A DNA stretch of 64,000 bases, from positions 13,818,124 through 13,882,123 of the forward strand of contig CM119265.1 of NCBI GenBank assembly GCA_051294375.1. Reading direction: 5' to 3'. The stretch comes from Paraspadella gotoi. Its lineage: Eukaryota; Animalia; Chaetognatha. Positions 37,516 to 53,100 of this stretch are shown piece after piece (the stretch's first letter is position 1; every line of letters begins with the position of its first letter). Under the pieces are notes generated by a model. It saw only the letters and a list, made by a program, of their open reading frames with translations. It was not told the origin of the DNA and ran no database searches. The translations under genes were made by a program, and so were the position numbers.

Positions 37516-40500
37516 ACGCAGCCTCTCTTGGTTCCTGCGAAAGACTAAACGCGATCTTTCCTTGAAACTCCCTCGTGTGATTGAAGCTTCAAAACGACTC
37601 GATCTTTATTGAAAAAGAAAGCGTGAGTGACTTTCGCAGAATTTGAAGTTTCTGTCGAACCTAAAAAAATTGGTCAACTACGTAAAGGATCGACTTTTTC
37701 AAATTTTGTGTCGACATTCGATCATTTCTTTCTTCTTCTGATATATGCTGTTTTTTGGAATTTTTTTCTTCAAATGTCATGGCATTCGGATTCCGTTTCT
37801 CTAATTTTTTTGACTTTCGCAAATGATTTGATTTTTTTTTTCTANNNNNNNNNNNNNNNNNNNNNNNNNNNNNNNNNNNNNNNNNNNNNNNNNNNNNNNN
37901 NNNNNNNNNNNNNNNNNNNNNNNNNNNNNNNNNNNNNNNNNNNNNNNNNNNNNNNNNNNNNNNNNNNNNNNNNNNNNNNNNNNNNNNNNNNNNNNNNNNN
38001 NNNNNNNNNNNNNNNNNNNNNNNNNNNGTCCGCTCCGAAGGTCAGAATCCGGAATTCGCATCATCGCGGGATTTTTACGACTTTTGGATTCGGGGCGGAA
38101 ACGGGTTCACCATTCCCCCCCTCACTCCCTTCCCCTTAAACCTCCCCTCTTCTTCTCCAACTTTCCTCCCTCGCCTCTTCTCCACTTCAGCCCTGCATTG
38201 AATGCGATGCGATGTCGTTAATCTTCATCTTCGTCGTCATCTTCGTCTTCATCTTTCTCGTTCTCTTTTTCTTTATCTTTGTCGTCTTCGTCCTCTTTGT
38301 CATCTTTTCCTTTTCCACTTTTTTCTTCTTTTTTTTCTGGTTCTCGACTTCAACTGTCATCATTGTCGAGGGTCTTCTTTGGATCTTTCTTTCTTAGTTT
38401 TCCTTTCATTTGTTCGTCGTCATTGTAATTTATCGTTCATTGTTCTTAGTAGCGGTTCATTGTCGACGTGGTTTACCGGCCTCGATCGTTGTTCCCCTTC
38501 CCAAATTGAAATATTAGATAAATAAAACATTNNNNNNNNNNNNNNNNNNNNNNNNNTTTCCTCGTTTGTTCGTCCCATTCAGACGCCAGAAAAGCCATGA
38601 GACCTTGAATGCCCGCGACCGCACGTCTGTGGATTTCCATGGGGAAAGTCATTGCGAGCGGAAAAAGCCATATATAGGAGCGGGACAGGAAACGCATATA
38701 TCGGATAAACCGCTGAGCGAAGAAATATGGTGAAGACTGAGTTGGGAAAAAGGAGGAAAAGAATTGATTGTGAGCGGAGACGAGAGGGGAGCGCAATGTG
38801 TGCGTAGGCGAGCGACAAAACAGCACCGACCAATGGTGACATGACGTTGAAGCAAGAACTAGACGTGAGGTCCAGTCTAATTTTTTGTCATTTAAAAAAC
38901 TGAATCGCAATTCGTGCCAAAAAAAATCTGCGCTTCCGTTTTTAACCAAACGTGACAGTCATAGGACAATACTTTAAACGATAAAATCACGTATTCTCTG
39001 CACTTCGCCACTTTAATACGCCACAGCGGCACAGCGATACTAAAATCGGCAAAACCCGGAGGATACATACGGACGCAAAAAACGATGTATAGTTAATTTC
39101 GGTTCCGAGATAAAAAAAAAAAAGCGGACGGAGCTCGTCGTAGTCTTTATTAAGCTCGAGTCGTTGGCGATTGAGCGAAGAGATCGTTAATGATGCGGAA
39201 AGCACGGATTTCACGCTCAACGGCAAACGAAGAAGAGAAGAGAGAAAGATTCATTGGTGAGCGGTCGATTGATGCCCAACGACAACTCTTGACGGTGTGG
39301 GTCGGGTATGAACGATTATGAAAAGGGCGGAGCGAACCGACCAGAGTTGGAGGGTTCGGTCGATGAACGATATATGAACTGCGGAAATGCAACGACAAAA
39401 GTAGGATGGTGAGTCGAAGAACGTTTATGAAGTTGGTAGACGGTGACTCGATGAATGATTAGAGTTGACAGTTGATGAATGATTATATAAGCGCGGGAAT
39501 GACAAGATTGGTGGATTGGTTGAATACGATTACGAAAGGGCAATGAACAATCAATGGAGGGCGTCTGTAATGACAAGAGTTGTTTAGTGGGTCAATGAAA
39601 CGATTTAATTTTGGGCGGGATGATGGTGGATGTGAACAAATGACGATATGGAGGTGGAACGCCAAATATTGTTGTGGACAATGTATAACCAACAGTTACA
39701 GTATGATGGTTGGGCAGAGAGTTCAACCACTAAAGAGTGTACGACGGTGGGCAATGAACGATAAGAGGACAATGGAAAATGTTACAGAAAGCGAGCAGGA
39801 TGCTCAAACTAGTGTACAAGTAGACATTAAATGACACGATTTATATATAAATATTAATATCAATATATATATATAATATTATTAATATAATACTTAAGGT
39901 GAGTATACTTATTTTACAATTGCAATACCTTGAAATATTTTCCACATTCATGATAGGGAAGCACAGGTACTCTGGAGTGGAGAACGGACTGTGAGAGAGT
40001 CTTGATTGAAACTTGCAGGGACCTGCTATGTCATTATTCTTGTAGAGTGTGAGCCTTAAACCACCAAGCCTGTCAAAAAGTTCAGGGGCACGATAGCTTA
40101 TTTATTATAATGAATGGATAATTTTTTATATTGGTGTGTACCAATCTTCATGTAAAAGAGTTTATGTTACTTCGAACAACTTCGATACGAGGCCGCTGGA
40201 CAGAACCCACGTAAACGACGGGATGGCATAACACGGATGGCATAAATGGCTCTAGTTGAACCTTTGGTCTTCTGCTTTGGAATACGACGAAAACGGATGA
40301 AACGCGATATCTTTGCGTATCGTGATAATAAATGTCAGTTTCTGACATTTTAATTTGTTTCACGAATTTGGAATACAAACAGCGAGGGAAAATTGCCTTT
40401 CACCGAACTAAAGAGCAATATAAAAATAATTAAATATATCCGATCATGTAAAAAAATTATACATTTCTGGATAAAAAGCATAGCGAAGCGAAAGCAAACA

Positions 40501-42472
40501 TCACGCCCTCAAAGGATTTTAAAATCGTCGTTTTGTCCTCGACGAGATCGTTATCTCTGTCGTCTGGATCTTTGACGTCGGTATCGTCGTCGTCATCGTC
40601 GTCACTGTCATTATTATCATTAACGTCATCGAAAACAATCTTATCAGTACCATAATTATCATCGTCATCATCACTTCGTCACCGTCGACGTTATATCAAC
40701 ATCCAAATCTTTACTTCGCAACCGCAACGTCGAATAGTGTCACCAGTATTATTATCGTTATCATCATCATTATCATCATAATCATCGTCATCGAAAACAT
40801 CGCGTTCACCATCAACGTCTCTCTCGTTATCATCGGCCTCCAGGATTCCATCCGCGATGAGGAGAGACAACGCGCATCAACGATTCTATTGTAAGCCTCG
40901 TTTTTTTTTTTGTTGCTGTCTTATGGTCGCCATGGCACCCAATCAAAGCCAGCTGGTCACGTGACCAAATGACGGCACGGAGAGAGATAATCATGAAAAA
41001 AAAGGACGTAAAATTGTCGTCGTCGTCGTCGTGTTGAAACTCATTTGACGTTGCGTCGTGAAACGATTGGCTCAGTGAGGGACGTGACCAGCAGCGGACG
41101 TCCTCGTCGTCGTCATCGTCGTCCTCGTCATTGTCAGGCGCATGCCCCGGAATTATTCGATCATCCACGCGAGACTCGTTAGAAAAAAAAAGTAATTCGA
41201 CGAGAATCGAACCCGCGACTCGATCCTTAGTTTCGATCCAACTCGGTTTCGCTCGATTGTTGTTGTTGTTGTTGTTCTCCGGAGAGGCTTGTAAGCGTGT
41301 TTTTATTTATGAGCAAATTTTACTGGAAAAAAAGGAAAAAAACAACAATTATGCAAAGATGGATATAAAATATCTACTTCGTATAACAAGGTACGATAAT
41401 AGCAACATTGTACAATGTACAATGTACATATACAAACCAAACACCGTTCTCTGCTCTCTTTATAAACATCATCGTCGTCTTCATCCTTAATGATATCGAC
41501 GCTAAGACTGACATCGACGCGATTTTTCGAGTCGACGACACAGAGATGACCACGTTTATCGTCGTTAAAAATAATTTTTGGTTCGTCTCGGTTTTTGAGA
41601 CTGTGTCGTCGTCGTCCGTCGTCGTCGTCCGTCGTCGTCGTACAGTCGTTTACGAATTTTTGATTTTCTTCCTGGACCGAAAAAAGTCATCAAACGAAGA
41701 TTTTGTTCTCTCTCTCTCTCTCTCCCTCGTCTCCTTCCTTTCTTCTCGTCCTATGCTATCTCGACCTCTCTCTCTCTCTNNNNNNNNNNNNNNNNNNNNN
41801 NNNNNNNNNNNNNNNNNNNNNNNNNNNNNNNNNNNNNNNNNNNNNNNNNNNNNNNNNNNNNNNNNNNNNNNNNNNNNNNCCAAACGAATGGCTTCCTTTT
41901 GTCGATAAAAACGCGGAAAAATTGTGGTTTCACATTTTTTTCATCGACGGGATTCTGCTTTGTTTTTTATTTCACGGTTTGGCGAATTCGGCCTTGTCTC
42001 CTCGCTCATTTCTTTTCTTTTTTCTGTCTCTCACGATTTGCATTCTTCTGTCGTTGTCGCTTTTTTCGGCATTCAGATTTTTTTTTCTTTATTTCTTTTC
42101 ATAGTTTTCTTTCTTTGTTTTCTGCCCCTTTTTTCCTTTTTTTTTCTTCCTTTCCTTTTTTTAATTTTTTCTTTTTTCACCTCTTATGCTTAATTCAATC
42201 TTTTCCCCAATTTCTTTTCGCAGTTTCTTTAATTTCGGATCCTTTTTTGGCTTGCGAAAGAATATCGGTCGACCCAAGTTCTCCTCTTTCCCCACAAACG
42301 AAAATGCACAACAACAACAACTACAACAACAACACAATCACACACAGTACACTTTCCGTCGTCGATTTATTGTCATAAAAAAAAATCAGGAAAAAAACCA
42401 CTCGTTTCTCCGTGAGTCAGATTTTAACGATGATATTATTTAGGAAAAATGATTTAACGTTCATCGCCAGTG

Positions 42473-42522
<50 letters not shown>

Positions 42523-42846
42523 TTCTTTTTCTCTGATAAACGGTCGACATGAATATCTTACGTGAACTCGGGGTGTTGCGTTAGTGAACCCGGGGTGTTA
42601 ATGAGTCTGTAAAGGTTTTTTGTCACTTGTGTCATCCACCCGGGAGAAACTGGGTCATTGTGATATTTTGTGATAATTTTTCCCCTTTAATCTGATAAAA
42701 TCTCAAACCCTTTGAAATCATTTTCGCGCCTCTGCTTCTCGGATCGCTTGAGTTTTTGGTTTATTTCAATGGATTTATTTATTTCTCTCTCTAACTCTCT
42801 GTTTCTCTCTCTCTCTTTCTCTCTCTACCTCTTCTCTTGCTCACTG

Positions 42847-42911
<65 letters not shown>

Positions 42912-43890
42912 ATCATTTCCGAGTTGTTTCTTTTTATTTCTTTTGAATCCTGATGAAGAACAACTTGGATTGAAATATTAACAATTTTTTTTATTAAATC
43001 GTCCTAAATGTTTTACTTTATTTTTTCTCATTCCAAAAAAATTATTCAACCTCAAAATATTGTTTGCCTCATTTCAGATTAAAAAAAATAATAATAATGA
43101 AACCATAACTGTGCGAAATCTCGAACGAACGAAAAAAAAAATATTCCGGCCATCCTTGTAAATATTTATAGATCGATAGTTTGAATACAAAATACCCGAT
43201 TTAAAAGCCAATTATATCTGCAACAACAAAAACCGTCGAATGTGCTACTTTGTTTCTCGTTTTCGGAAATATATCTCGCCTCCTTTTAATTTATTTAATT
43301 CGTCTTAACAATAACAGAAAAAAAATCATTTATTCGATTTTCGTCGGTGAGGTTGTGCGGAGGAAAAAAATGCATAACAAATTAATCGATAAATAAAAAC
43401 GCAAACTAAACTAAATTCAATTTGTGCTATATACGAATTACAAATTAAGAGTCGAATCTAGAAAAAGAAACTGAGTTTCTTACGACGAAAACGATGACTC
43501 AAGATGCCATGAAAATGTTTTTACAAATCAACAAAAATAAATGAAAATTGACTGAAATCTAACGCGGGGAAAAAAAATTAAAGAACGAAGCGAATAAAAG
43601 AAAGTGACGTCACCAACAATATAAGAAATTAATGAATAAATAAATAAATGAATAAAAAAAATACGATCTAGTGTCGGCAAAAACTAGAGACGTCGTGGTC
43701 GTCGTCGTCGTCGTCGTTTCTTTCCTTTGGAATTAAAAAAAAAAAAAAGTAAAAATATTCGTTACTCGGGATTCAGTGTTTTTTATTTCATCAAAAATTC
43801 CGTTTCTTTCGAATTGGAAAAAAAAATTAATGGATAAAATCATTGACATTTTCGTCGATCTCGGCGAATTCACAACTTGACTCATGGCAA

Positions 43891-43919
<29 letters not shown>

Positions 43920-43957
<38 letters not shown>
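43920..43957. repeat. (GACA)n tetranucleotide microsatellite adjoining (GA)n
   Basis: Read directly from the sequence. Confidence 0.9.
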
Positions 43958-43958
<1 letters not shown>

Positions 43959-44690
43959 CTCATTTGGTTTTTGATCTTTCTCGCTACTAAATTCCTTCGT
44001 CAGCAGGTGTTTTTCTGTTATTTCCCAGAGCGAGCGTGATATCGACATTTATTTTCTTTCTTTCTTTCCTTACTTTTTTTTTTAAATCCTTTTAAGATGT
44101 TTTGGCCGAGCGCTCACAAACCTCTTCCGGATGTAACAGTAACACCTAAGGTCCGGATGTTAAAGAAATACACGAGAAATCCCCTCGAATATAATTAAAT
44201 TGTCGGTATTTGCGAATTGTCATACATTTACCTCCTGAGATTCTCGCCTCCTTTATTTCCCCTTCTCATTTCGCTACGAAAATATGATAAATATTTTGAG
44301 GAATTTTTCTCGTTCGGCGGAAGGACCACACGCAATAGGAAGAGGCTATCAAATAATTTTTAAGGATCACCACAGTCGGATAAAACATTTAACATTCGGA
44401 TTATATTTTGCAATTTTTTTTTTCGANNNNNNNNNNAGGATCACCACAGTCGAATAAAACATTTAACATTCGGATTATATTTTGCTATTTTTTTTTCGAT
44501 TTAATTACAAATAATTCGATTTACGCCAAGCAACCATTTTTCACCCTCGAACAAGCTATAACCAAGCGGGTCTGCTTGACATTTTTTTTTTAATAAAAAC
44601 ATCAAATTGTTTGATTATTTAATTTTCCAAGTCTCTCGGTAATTTAAACGAATCGCTTCGGCTTGCCTTTTTTCTCATGCAAATTCGATC

Positions 44691-44746
<56 letters not shown>

Positions 44747-45806
44747 TCGATTCCTAGGGGAACTGAGAGGAACGCACCTCGGTTATAAGTATTTATAAAA
44801 ATCGTTCCCGTCGCATTACAGGTTTTCGCTTAATCTTCACCCAAACTCATCAAACTTCGTTAGTCTTAATTCAATTTTCCATGAACGGAAAAAAAAGGCG
44901 GCGACGACGACGACGACGATCACGACGACGACGACGTTTTTGACAACGATGACGATGACGTCGAAGACTTTAGCTTGACGTCGACACCGACGCGGCCGAT
45001 GAAGCCGATGGACCAATCATAATTTTTCATTTCATGGGGGAAAAAATTGGTGATTACTTAGGTCTTTCGTCTCCGTTCAACTTGCACCAGCCACTCTCTC
45101 TCTCTCTCTCTCTCCCCCGGCGATTTGATTAGATAAAATATTCAACGGCAAATGTTTACTGTGGTTTTAAATGGCCGCCGGAAACGCTTATCTAATTACC
45201 CCACTGGCTTTTCTTTTCTTTTTTCCTTTTTTTTCACTCGGATCGAATTCCGTCACAAACTCTGGGAAAAGTCTAAGCGTGAAACGGATTCACTGATCGC
45301 TCGAGTAAGAATCCCGACCTTAAAGTGATCCGATTCAAAAATTGTTGCTTCGAAACCTTGTCTTTAATTTGTAGTATTCTTTTTAAAAGATTCCTTTTAT
45401 CACTTTCCATTCTCCAGATTTCAGAAGCTCACTCGAGCCAAAAGATATAACTGTCACTTGACGACGAGAACTGCTTATTATGTGATCGACTTTTAATTTA
45501 TTGGCAATGAAAAGATCATTCGAAAATAATCGGCTTTTGAAAGAGAAAAAAATTTGAAAGAATCCTTTCAATGATGATGACGCCCACTAATGCCAATTTT
45601 TTTCCGGAGAGAATTGTTTTCTCTCGCCCACGGAGCAAAATTCATCTGAAAAATAAAGGAGGTGGGAGAACTGATTATTTCGTCTCTTTTTCCGTTGGTG
45701 GGCTTTTTTTCAATAGAGACTGAGAAACTTACCGGAAAAGAAGCTTTCAAATTTTATTTAAAGCCATTTGAATGTCGCGGTGACTATTTTAATATCTGTG
45801 AATGTT

Positions 45807-45887
<81 letters not shown>

Positions 45888-47826
45888 TCCCGGCCACACC
45901 CAATTAAGTCATCTCTTTATTTCCTGTGATTTGGATCAGACGAAATCCAATCGATCAAATTATTCAACCACCCATCTGTAGCTCTTTCTTCTTTGTTCTC
46001 TCAAAGGGGCAGCTCCCACGCCGACCTCTCGAGAATATTTCATTCGAACTGATTAAAATCTCGATGTCTGATTCAGAATCTTTTTTTTTTAAATCGCAGA
46101 ATAAAAAAGTTTAAATTTTTATTTGAATGTCGAATTTCAGCGTTTATGATGAAGTCATTAATTCTCTCTCTCTCTCTCTCNNNNNNNNNNNNNNNNNNNN
46201 NNNNNNNNNNNNNNNNNNNNNNNNNNNNNNNNNNNNNNNNNNNNNNNNNNNNNNNNNNNNNNNNNNNNNNNNNNNNNNNNNNNNNNNNNNNNNNNNNNNN
46301 NNNNNNNNNNNNNNNNNNNNNNNNNNNNNNNNNNNNNNNNNNNNNNNNNNNNNNNNNNNNNNNNNNNNNNNNNNNNNNNNNNNNNNNNGCACCACCCGAC
46401 CACCAAGATTGGACTGTGACTCACTGCCTCAGTGATCCCTAACGAAGGAGATTCGAGAGGGTCGGAGAATCGAAGTCCCAACGACATCTCGCCCGACGCC
46501 ACGACTGAAATATTAGATTCCTGCGCGAGACGAAATCAGCAGAGCTGCTCATTCACTCGCAGCCATTTTTATTTCAATACGCCTTCCCCTTAAATCTCCT
46601 CCTCCATGCACCTTTATGCACCGCTCTCCGCAACCTCACTTTCTCACCCGTAATCTCACTTCTTTATCTTTCACTCTGGGAGATCGCAAATACCGAATGA
46701 AAAATCTCTTCTAAATTGTCGGACCACACGAGTCGACCTTTGGAGGTTGTCGTCGTCGTCGTCGTCGTCGCTATTTATTTGATGTCGATGTGCGATCGCA
46801 TTGTTTCTCTTCGTGAGGCAAATTTGGGCTTCATTATGTTATTTTTTTTTTAGGGAAGGAGACGGCATGTGCTACTCGAACGCAGAAAGCAACTAACGAT
46901 CATCTGTCGCTCCTATTTTAATGAATATTATCTAATTACGTTAAATATTCAGAAATATACGAATAATATAATTAACTGATCAACAGGAAAATTGGTAAAA
47001 AGAAGGGAGCATTGCATAAAAACGAAATATAACTATAAATATACTATAATCGTGCGACGGACGGTTACTTCCGGGATCCCCGTTCCTCGAGAAATCTCGA
47101 GGCGTCCATCATCACGAGGAATCCTCGTCGGCGTGAAAATCCTCGTCACTCCGCGCGTGAGCGATCTTATCAAAATCCCAAGAAGTCGTGAAACGTCGCG
47201 AAATTAATTCCTTCCTCATTTGCATAATTACCTCGTCAACTTTTGTTCTCTTCCTCGCGTCATCGACTTTCCCCCCCTGCTAACCCCCCCTCTATCTCTT
47301 CCGTCTTCGAGGGACGAGTTTTTCATAAGTGGCGAATAAATGATTTTAATGAGGGTAGAGCTTCGGGCTTCTTCTTCCCTGCAAACGCCTCCCCTGCCCC
47401 CAGCTACATCGGCCATATAAAAAAAAACCATTTCACTGACAAAAAAAATAAAACTATTTCATTGACTTGAAAGTCTCGAGGAAAAAAGATTTGCGGGGGA
47501 AAAAAATTAATAAAACGAGAGAAACGATTCGATTCGTCGTCGTCGTCGTCGTCGTCGTCGTCCACAGTGTTTTTTAGTTTAGAAAACAAAATTCGTCCTT
47601 CGCTCCGCTTGAAGTCTAAGCCTCAATTTGTGTCTCTGCGACCGACGACGACGACGACGACGACGACCAGGATGAAGCAGAAAATAAATGGCGTCCCGGT
47701 TCATGAGAAGGGACAGAAATGGAGAGAGAAAGATAGCCAGGGAACAGGACAGAGAGGGACAGACAGAGATAGAGGCGCTAACGAGCTTTTGATGAAAAGT
47801 CTGATTTAAGAGGGGAGGCGCTGAGA

Positions 47827-47861
<35 letters not shown>

Positions 47862-48437
47862 CCGGAAGACATCCAGCGTAGAAAGGAAACGTTTCGTTGC
47901 GAAATAGTAAAATGGGTCCGAGCGTGAAAGGGAGATCCACGGTGAGAGAGATATTCAGAGCAGAGAGAGAGAGAGACGTCTATCTACAAATCCCGGGCTG
48001 TTTGTTGGTGCAAAGCTGGAAAGAGAATATAGAATTGAGCTTTGAAAGTGAAACAGATAGTGGACGTCGGTCCGACGGAAATTGTAGACGTTTTGAACGA
48101 AGTTGTTGATCTATTTGATCTATTTGGAAAATTGATCAAATAAATTTGACTACATTTTTACATGGCTAATTGCATTCGAATGTAGAAATAAGACAACCTT
48201 GAAAGGATGCGCGGGAAAAGGCTTGCATATACTTGTATTCACTTGTTCGAAATCAGACAACGTGAGTTTTCAACTTCGGCGAAAAGTGAAAAAAAAAGAA
48301 ACAAGTAAAAAAAGAGGAAAAAATAAAAAATAAAATGAGAGAAAAGAAGATGAACAACAGAAAAAAGTTCTTCATCAACCAAGTCTAAAAGGGATTACAT
48401 CACTCACCAAAAAAAAGACAGAACCTCTCTTTCTCTT

Positions 48438-48535
<98 letters not shown>

Positions 48536-48853
48536 GCTTTTGGCGTTGACCCCGGAGTTCTTTTGTCGCCTTCACAGTGAAACTCGATCTCTTCCGCTTT
48601 TTTTATTTTTTTACTTTTTTTACTTTTCAAGAGTTTCCAGTTTTTTCTTTTTTTTTATTTGTATCAACTTGGTTTCCAGTGTCGTTATTTTCGTCGTCAT
48701 TGTCATCTTCATCCTTAGATTTCAACGAAACTTCCGCTCGACATTCAACCGCTGGATGAAAACAACTGAAGAAATATTACGACAACAATGTCGAGACTGT
48801 TTCTAACAACGTTTTCGTCCAGACTAAAATTCATGAATTTTAACGCTTTACGA

Positions 48854-48976
<123 letters not shown>

Positions 48977-51021
48977 CTTCCCTTTTCTCATCTTTACAGA
49001 GTCCAAGGACGCGTGAATAGCATCTAATTTGCTTCTTTTTTTTTCGTTACAAACAGTAAAGTGCAAAAAGCCGTGTTCCCTTTTCAGGAGGCATCTTCAC
49101 GCTTTACCACGCAGACGTAAAACTATCGCTCCCTTTTTTAAAAAAAAGAATTAAGTTAAAAAATTAATTTTATTTTTTCTCCTTTTTTACTATTTTTTTT
49201 TTTTTTTTTTGTTTTTTTTTGTTTCCCTCTCAGCACTCCGACTTTATTTCGCGCTTTTTCCACGGATTCTGGCTTCGTTTTGTTTGTTGTTCGCGGTGTT
49301 TACGGTATTTCCGGAGCGGATTTGTTTGGTTTTTGCTGTATTTACCTTTTGAAGAGAGAAAAAGCCAAAAACCCTGATATTTGAAGATTTTTATCAGCGA
49401 AAAAACAAAAACAAATGAAAGGTTAAATATTTACTCGTGACTTTCAACTTCTACTGGCGGATTTGTCAAGATTATCGAGCATTGGCCACGAATCTGTCAT
49501 AAAACTGATTTGGAAATCTGACATCAAAGACGTTTGAATTGATTCCTTAGTTGCTCGCATGTTATCTAGAATTCGGAATTCATTGACATTTTAGAATCTC
49601 TGTCGCCGGTGACAAATCTGCCTTCAATGACATTAAAAATTTCTTTCAACGGCAACTGTCGACCTTTCGTCAACATTCGTCTTCATCTTTATTTTTTATA
49701 TAATCTGCGTCGCGCGACCTTTTTGGAGTCATGGATCTGCATGGGAAAATCGAATCTTTCTCTCTCTCTCTCTTCTCTCTCTCTTCTATCTCTCTCTCTC
49801 TTTTCTCTCTCTCTCTCTCTCTCTACTTGCCCTTCTTCTAGTCTTTATTGACCCCGTTGCAATTTCCGCCGGCCGGAAACGTAGCACGCCCCTCGGGGCT
49901 CTTGGGGAGGCAGTGATCCGCAGGTTGGGGGCTCGGGCGGTACGCTGATACGGCGTGATTCGCTGAATGTGGGATTATTTGCGAGTTGTGGTGATTCTTT
50001 GGATGGAAGTGAGCAGAACTGGTTAGAATTCTTTCGATTCTATTAAGTTATTTCCTGAAAAGGTGCCTAATAAGCTTATGCTTAACAAGGATCAGCAAGG
50101 TGCTGAAAAATTTCCCAATTTTCTTTATTTGTTAAATTGTCGAATATTTTCATTGTAAGTCGAGTTTTTTGACTCCTCGAAAATATTAACATGTTTGGAT
50201 ACGAGATATTTTTGTGAAGTGGGAAGTGATTGGAAGGTCGGAGGTGATTCGAATGATGAACCGGTCGCGGGTGAAGGGGCGGAGAGAGTCATCCTGTCCC
50301 CGGGGCAAAGACGATGATGATGATGATGATCCAGAAGGGAATTCCGACCGAATTTTGAGAAGGGGAGGGACTGCGCGGGTGAGGAAAGTAAGGTGGACAA
50401 TCGGGGTAAGGCGGAAGGAGTGGGGGACGGCCGGACAAGTAACGCGAGGCCCGGAGAGGGACGGGGGAAGCCTGACTCGGCGGCTTAACCGAGAAAATCC
50501 CGAGGGACAGATGAAGCGGCGCCTGTGGGTGGGACTGAAATAAAAGTGAAAAGAGTGAAAAGGAATTTGAGGAGGTGATGGTGAGAGAGAGAGAGAGAAG
50601 AAAAGAGGGAAAGGGGGAAGAGGAAGAAGATATGATTATGATGTGGGAACGTTTGATGTGGGGGATCTGGTGATTGTGAGGAATGGGAGATTGTACTTGC
50701 AATGAAGTGACAAGAAAATCGGTTGCGAAATTGAAATTGAACTAGATTGAAGAGAAATACAAAAGTCGAGAAGTTAATTTGAATGGTTGAGACATGACAG
50801 AATATGGAAGGAACCAAATTCTTATGTTTTTTTTTCTATTTAGTTGTAAAAGTAATTCTCAGTTTCAGATTTATTCTTACCGTTATAGCCTTTTCTTTTT
50901 TTGCGGTCTCCACATGTCAGTTGGATTTTTTTCGATCGAAGAGAAAGTCTGGAATTCATAGAAAATTCGCCAAGAAAGTTAACCCTATCAAAAGATAAAC
51001 AAACAAGTTCCGGATTCTCGC

Positions 51022-51053
<32 letters not shown>

Positions 51054-51503
51054 TGGAGCCCGAAAGAGAAAAGTTTAAATTGAAAACAGAAGGATAAGAA
51101 TAGAGGAGGTAGGACGATAAAAAGATTAACTTAATCTTTAAGAAGCCATGGAGATTAGAGATTAGAGAACGACTTTAACAGTTTTTAAAATTTTCGCTTA
51201 CCGATTGTGGTTACAACACGCAAGGCTTAAGAGCAGACTTGTTTTTAAAAGCTGATTTGACTTTCTAACCTCTCTCTCTCTTTCTCTCTTTCTTTCTTTC
51301 TTTCTCTCTTTCTTTCTTTCTCTTTCTCTCCCTCTGTTTTATCTTGTTCTTTTTCTCATTATTTTCTTATGTCGCCCGGGGTCGCAATTCGCTGTAGGGG
51401 AATCGGAAATTGTTTTCTGGGTCAATTTCTTTCCCTCTCTTTCTTGTTATCTCTCTCTCTTTTATTTTTTCCCTCGCACCCCAATTTTCCGCCCGCCCAC
51501 CTG

Positions 51504-51536
<33 letters not shown>

Positions 51537-52375
51537 CTCTCTCCTCTCTCTCCTCTCTCTCTCTCTCTTCTCTCTCTCTCATCTCATTTTCTTTCGTGGT
51601 TCACTTTTCCATCACCGCGTGAGGTCGCGCCATCTCTTTCCAGTAATCTTCTCCCATAATAGCGACGGCGGTAAAGGGCACCCGATTCAGTTCGCCCTGA
51701 AAGGTAGTCGTCGTCATCTTCATCGTCGTCGTCGTCATCTTCGTCGTCGTCGTCGTCGTCGTTTTCATCGGCTTCGGGTCTCGGGAGTTTTTTATGACTT
51801 TTTCTAAATTCCACATGAATGGAATTGGTTTTTTCTTTAGCCTTTAATTATGATGACACGATTCCCAACTTGTCTCAGTAGGAATTATTGCCACGGGTTA
51901 TTAATTTCATTTTTTTTTTTACCATGCCGTTCAACCATGAAATATCCAAAAAAATGAAACTAATAAAAGAAGTCACAAATAATAATTACATTTATAGGTC
52001 TCTTTGTTTCTCTTTTAATGTTTTGACTCCCATTATCTCTTAGTTTCGCCGTGGATATCATAATCATCATCATCATCCTCATTCAATCCATAAATCTTTC
52101 CCCATTAGTAAACACACTTTGTATAATTTATTGTCCAAAATAATTCTCAGCTTCGTTATGTGAGAATATATATCCAAAATATTCATTAGGCTTTCACTTT
52201 GCTTTGAGTTGTCGTGTTTTTCATTTTGATTTGTTTTGTTGTTTTTTTTTGGGGGGGGAGGTAATGGCAAGACAAATGCCAGCTGACTGCCTCTGATTCC
52301 CCGCTATCTGTCTTCTGTGAAGCGCTCTCTCCATCTTTTTTTTAAATCCTTCCCATCTTATTTTTCTCGCTTCCT

Positions 52376-52493
<118 letters not shown>

Positions 52494-53060
52494 ATCTTCG
52501 TCATAGGTTTTCCTATGACAACTTGATTCTCCGCCTGATCTCCTCTTCTGTTGTCGACTCAAACTTTCTTTCTTTTTTTTCAGGAAAGAAAGATTTTCTC
52601 AGCCTCACCCTTTTGCCCAGCGCCGTTCAAAGAAGAAGAGGCTCGATTATTGCTACCTCACGAACTCACCTTTTCTTTTCCCCGAACATCAGAGCTTAAT
52701 ACTTTAACCATCTAACCAAAGTCTTTTTCACATTGGACTTCATAGACTCTTTTTTTCTTCTTCATAAAGTTCATGTTAATTTTACAACTTGTTCATAAAT
52801 TAATTCTAATATCAATAACTGTTAATTAATAAAAATAAAACTAACATTAATTAGCTTTTATAATATTTTTTGGTTTAAACTGTTTTTTTTGGTTTTCCTT
52901 TTTTGTCTGTGTTTGTGCTTTTTTGTTGTTTTGTTGTGTGTGTTTTTTTTTTCTTTTTTTTTTTTCCATTTTTGCGATCGGCCGGTTTGTCTCTTCGGAC
53001 GTAAAACAATTTCGTTGTTGCTGCTTCGTCCGTCTCCCATCGAAAGGAAAATATTTGACC

Positions 53061-53100
<40 letters not shown>

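Noticed and set aside
37260-37565. CpG-rich island with (GCC)n as a possible Abl first exon or promoter
   Set aside because: No MG start, N(V/I)F.EH motif or suitable phase-1 donor; promoter function cannot be supported from sequence alone.
38560-39840. Several 70-160-aa ORFs in non-repetitive sequence next to a 25-N gap
   Set aside because: No recognisable motifs or consistent strand; the sequence looks like noisy gap-fill.
44362-44500. 65-bp direct repeat around a short N-run
   Set aside because: Typical unmerged contig overlap.
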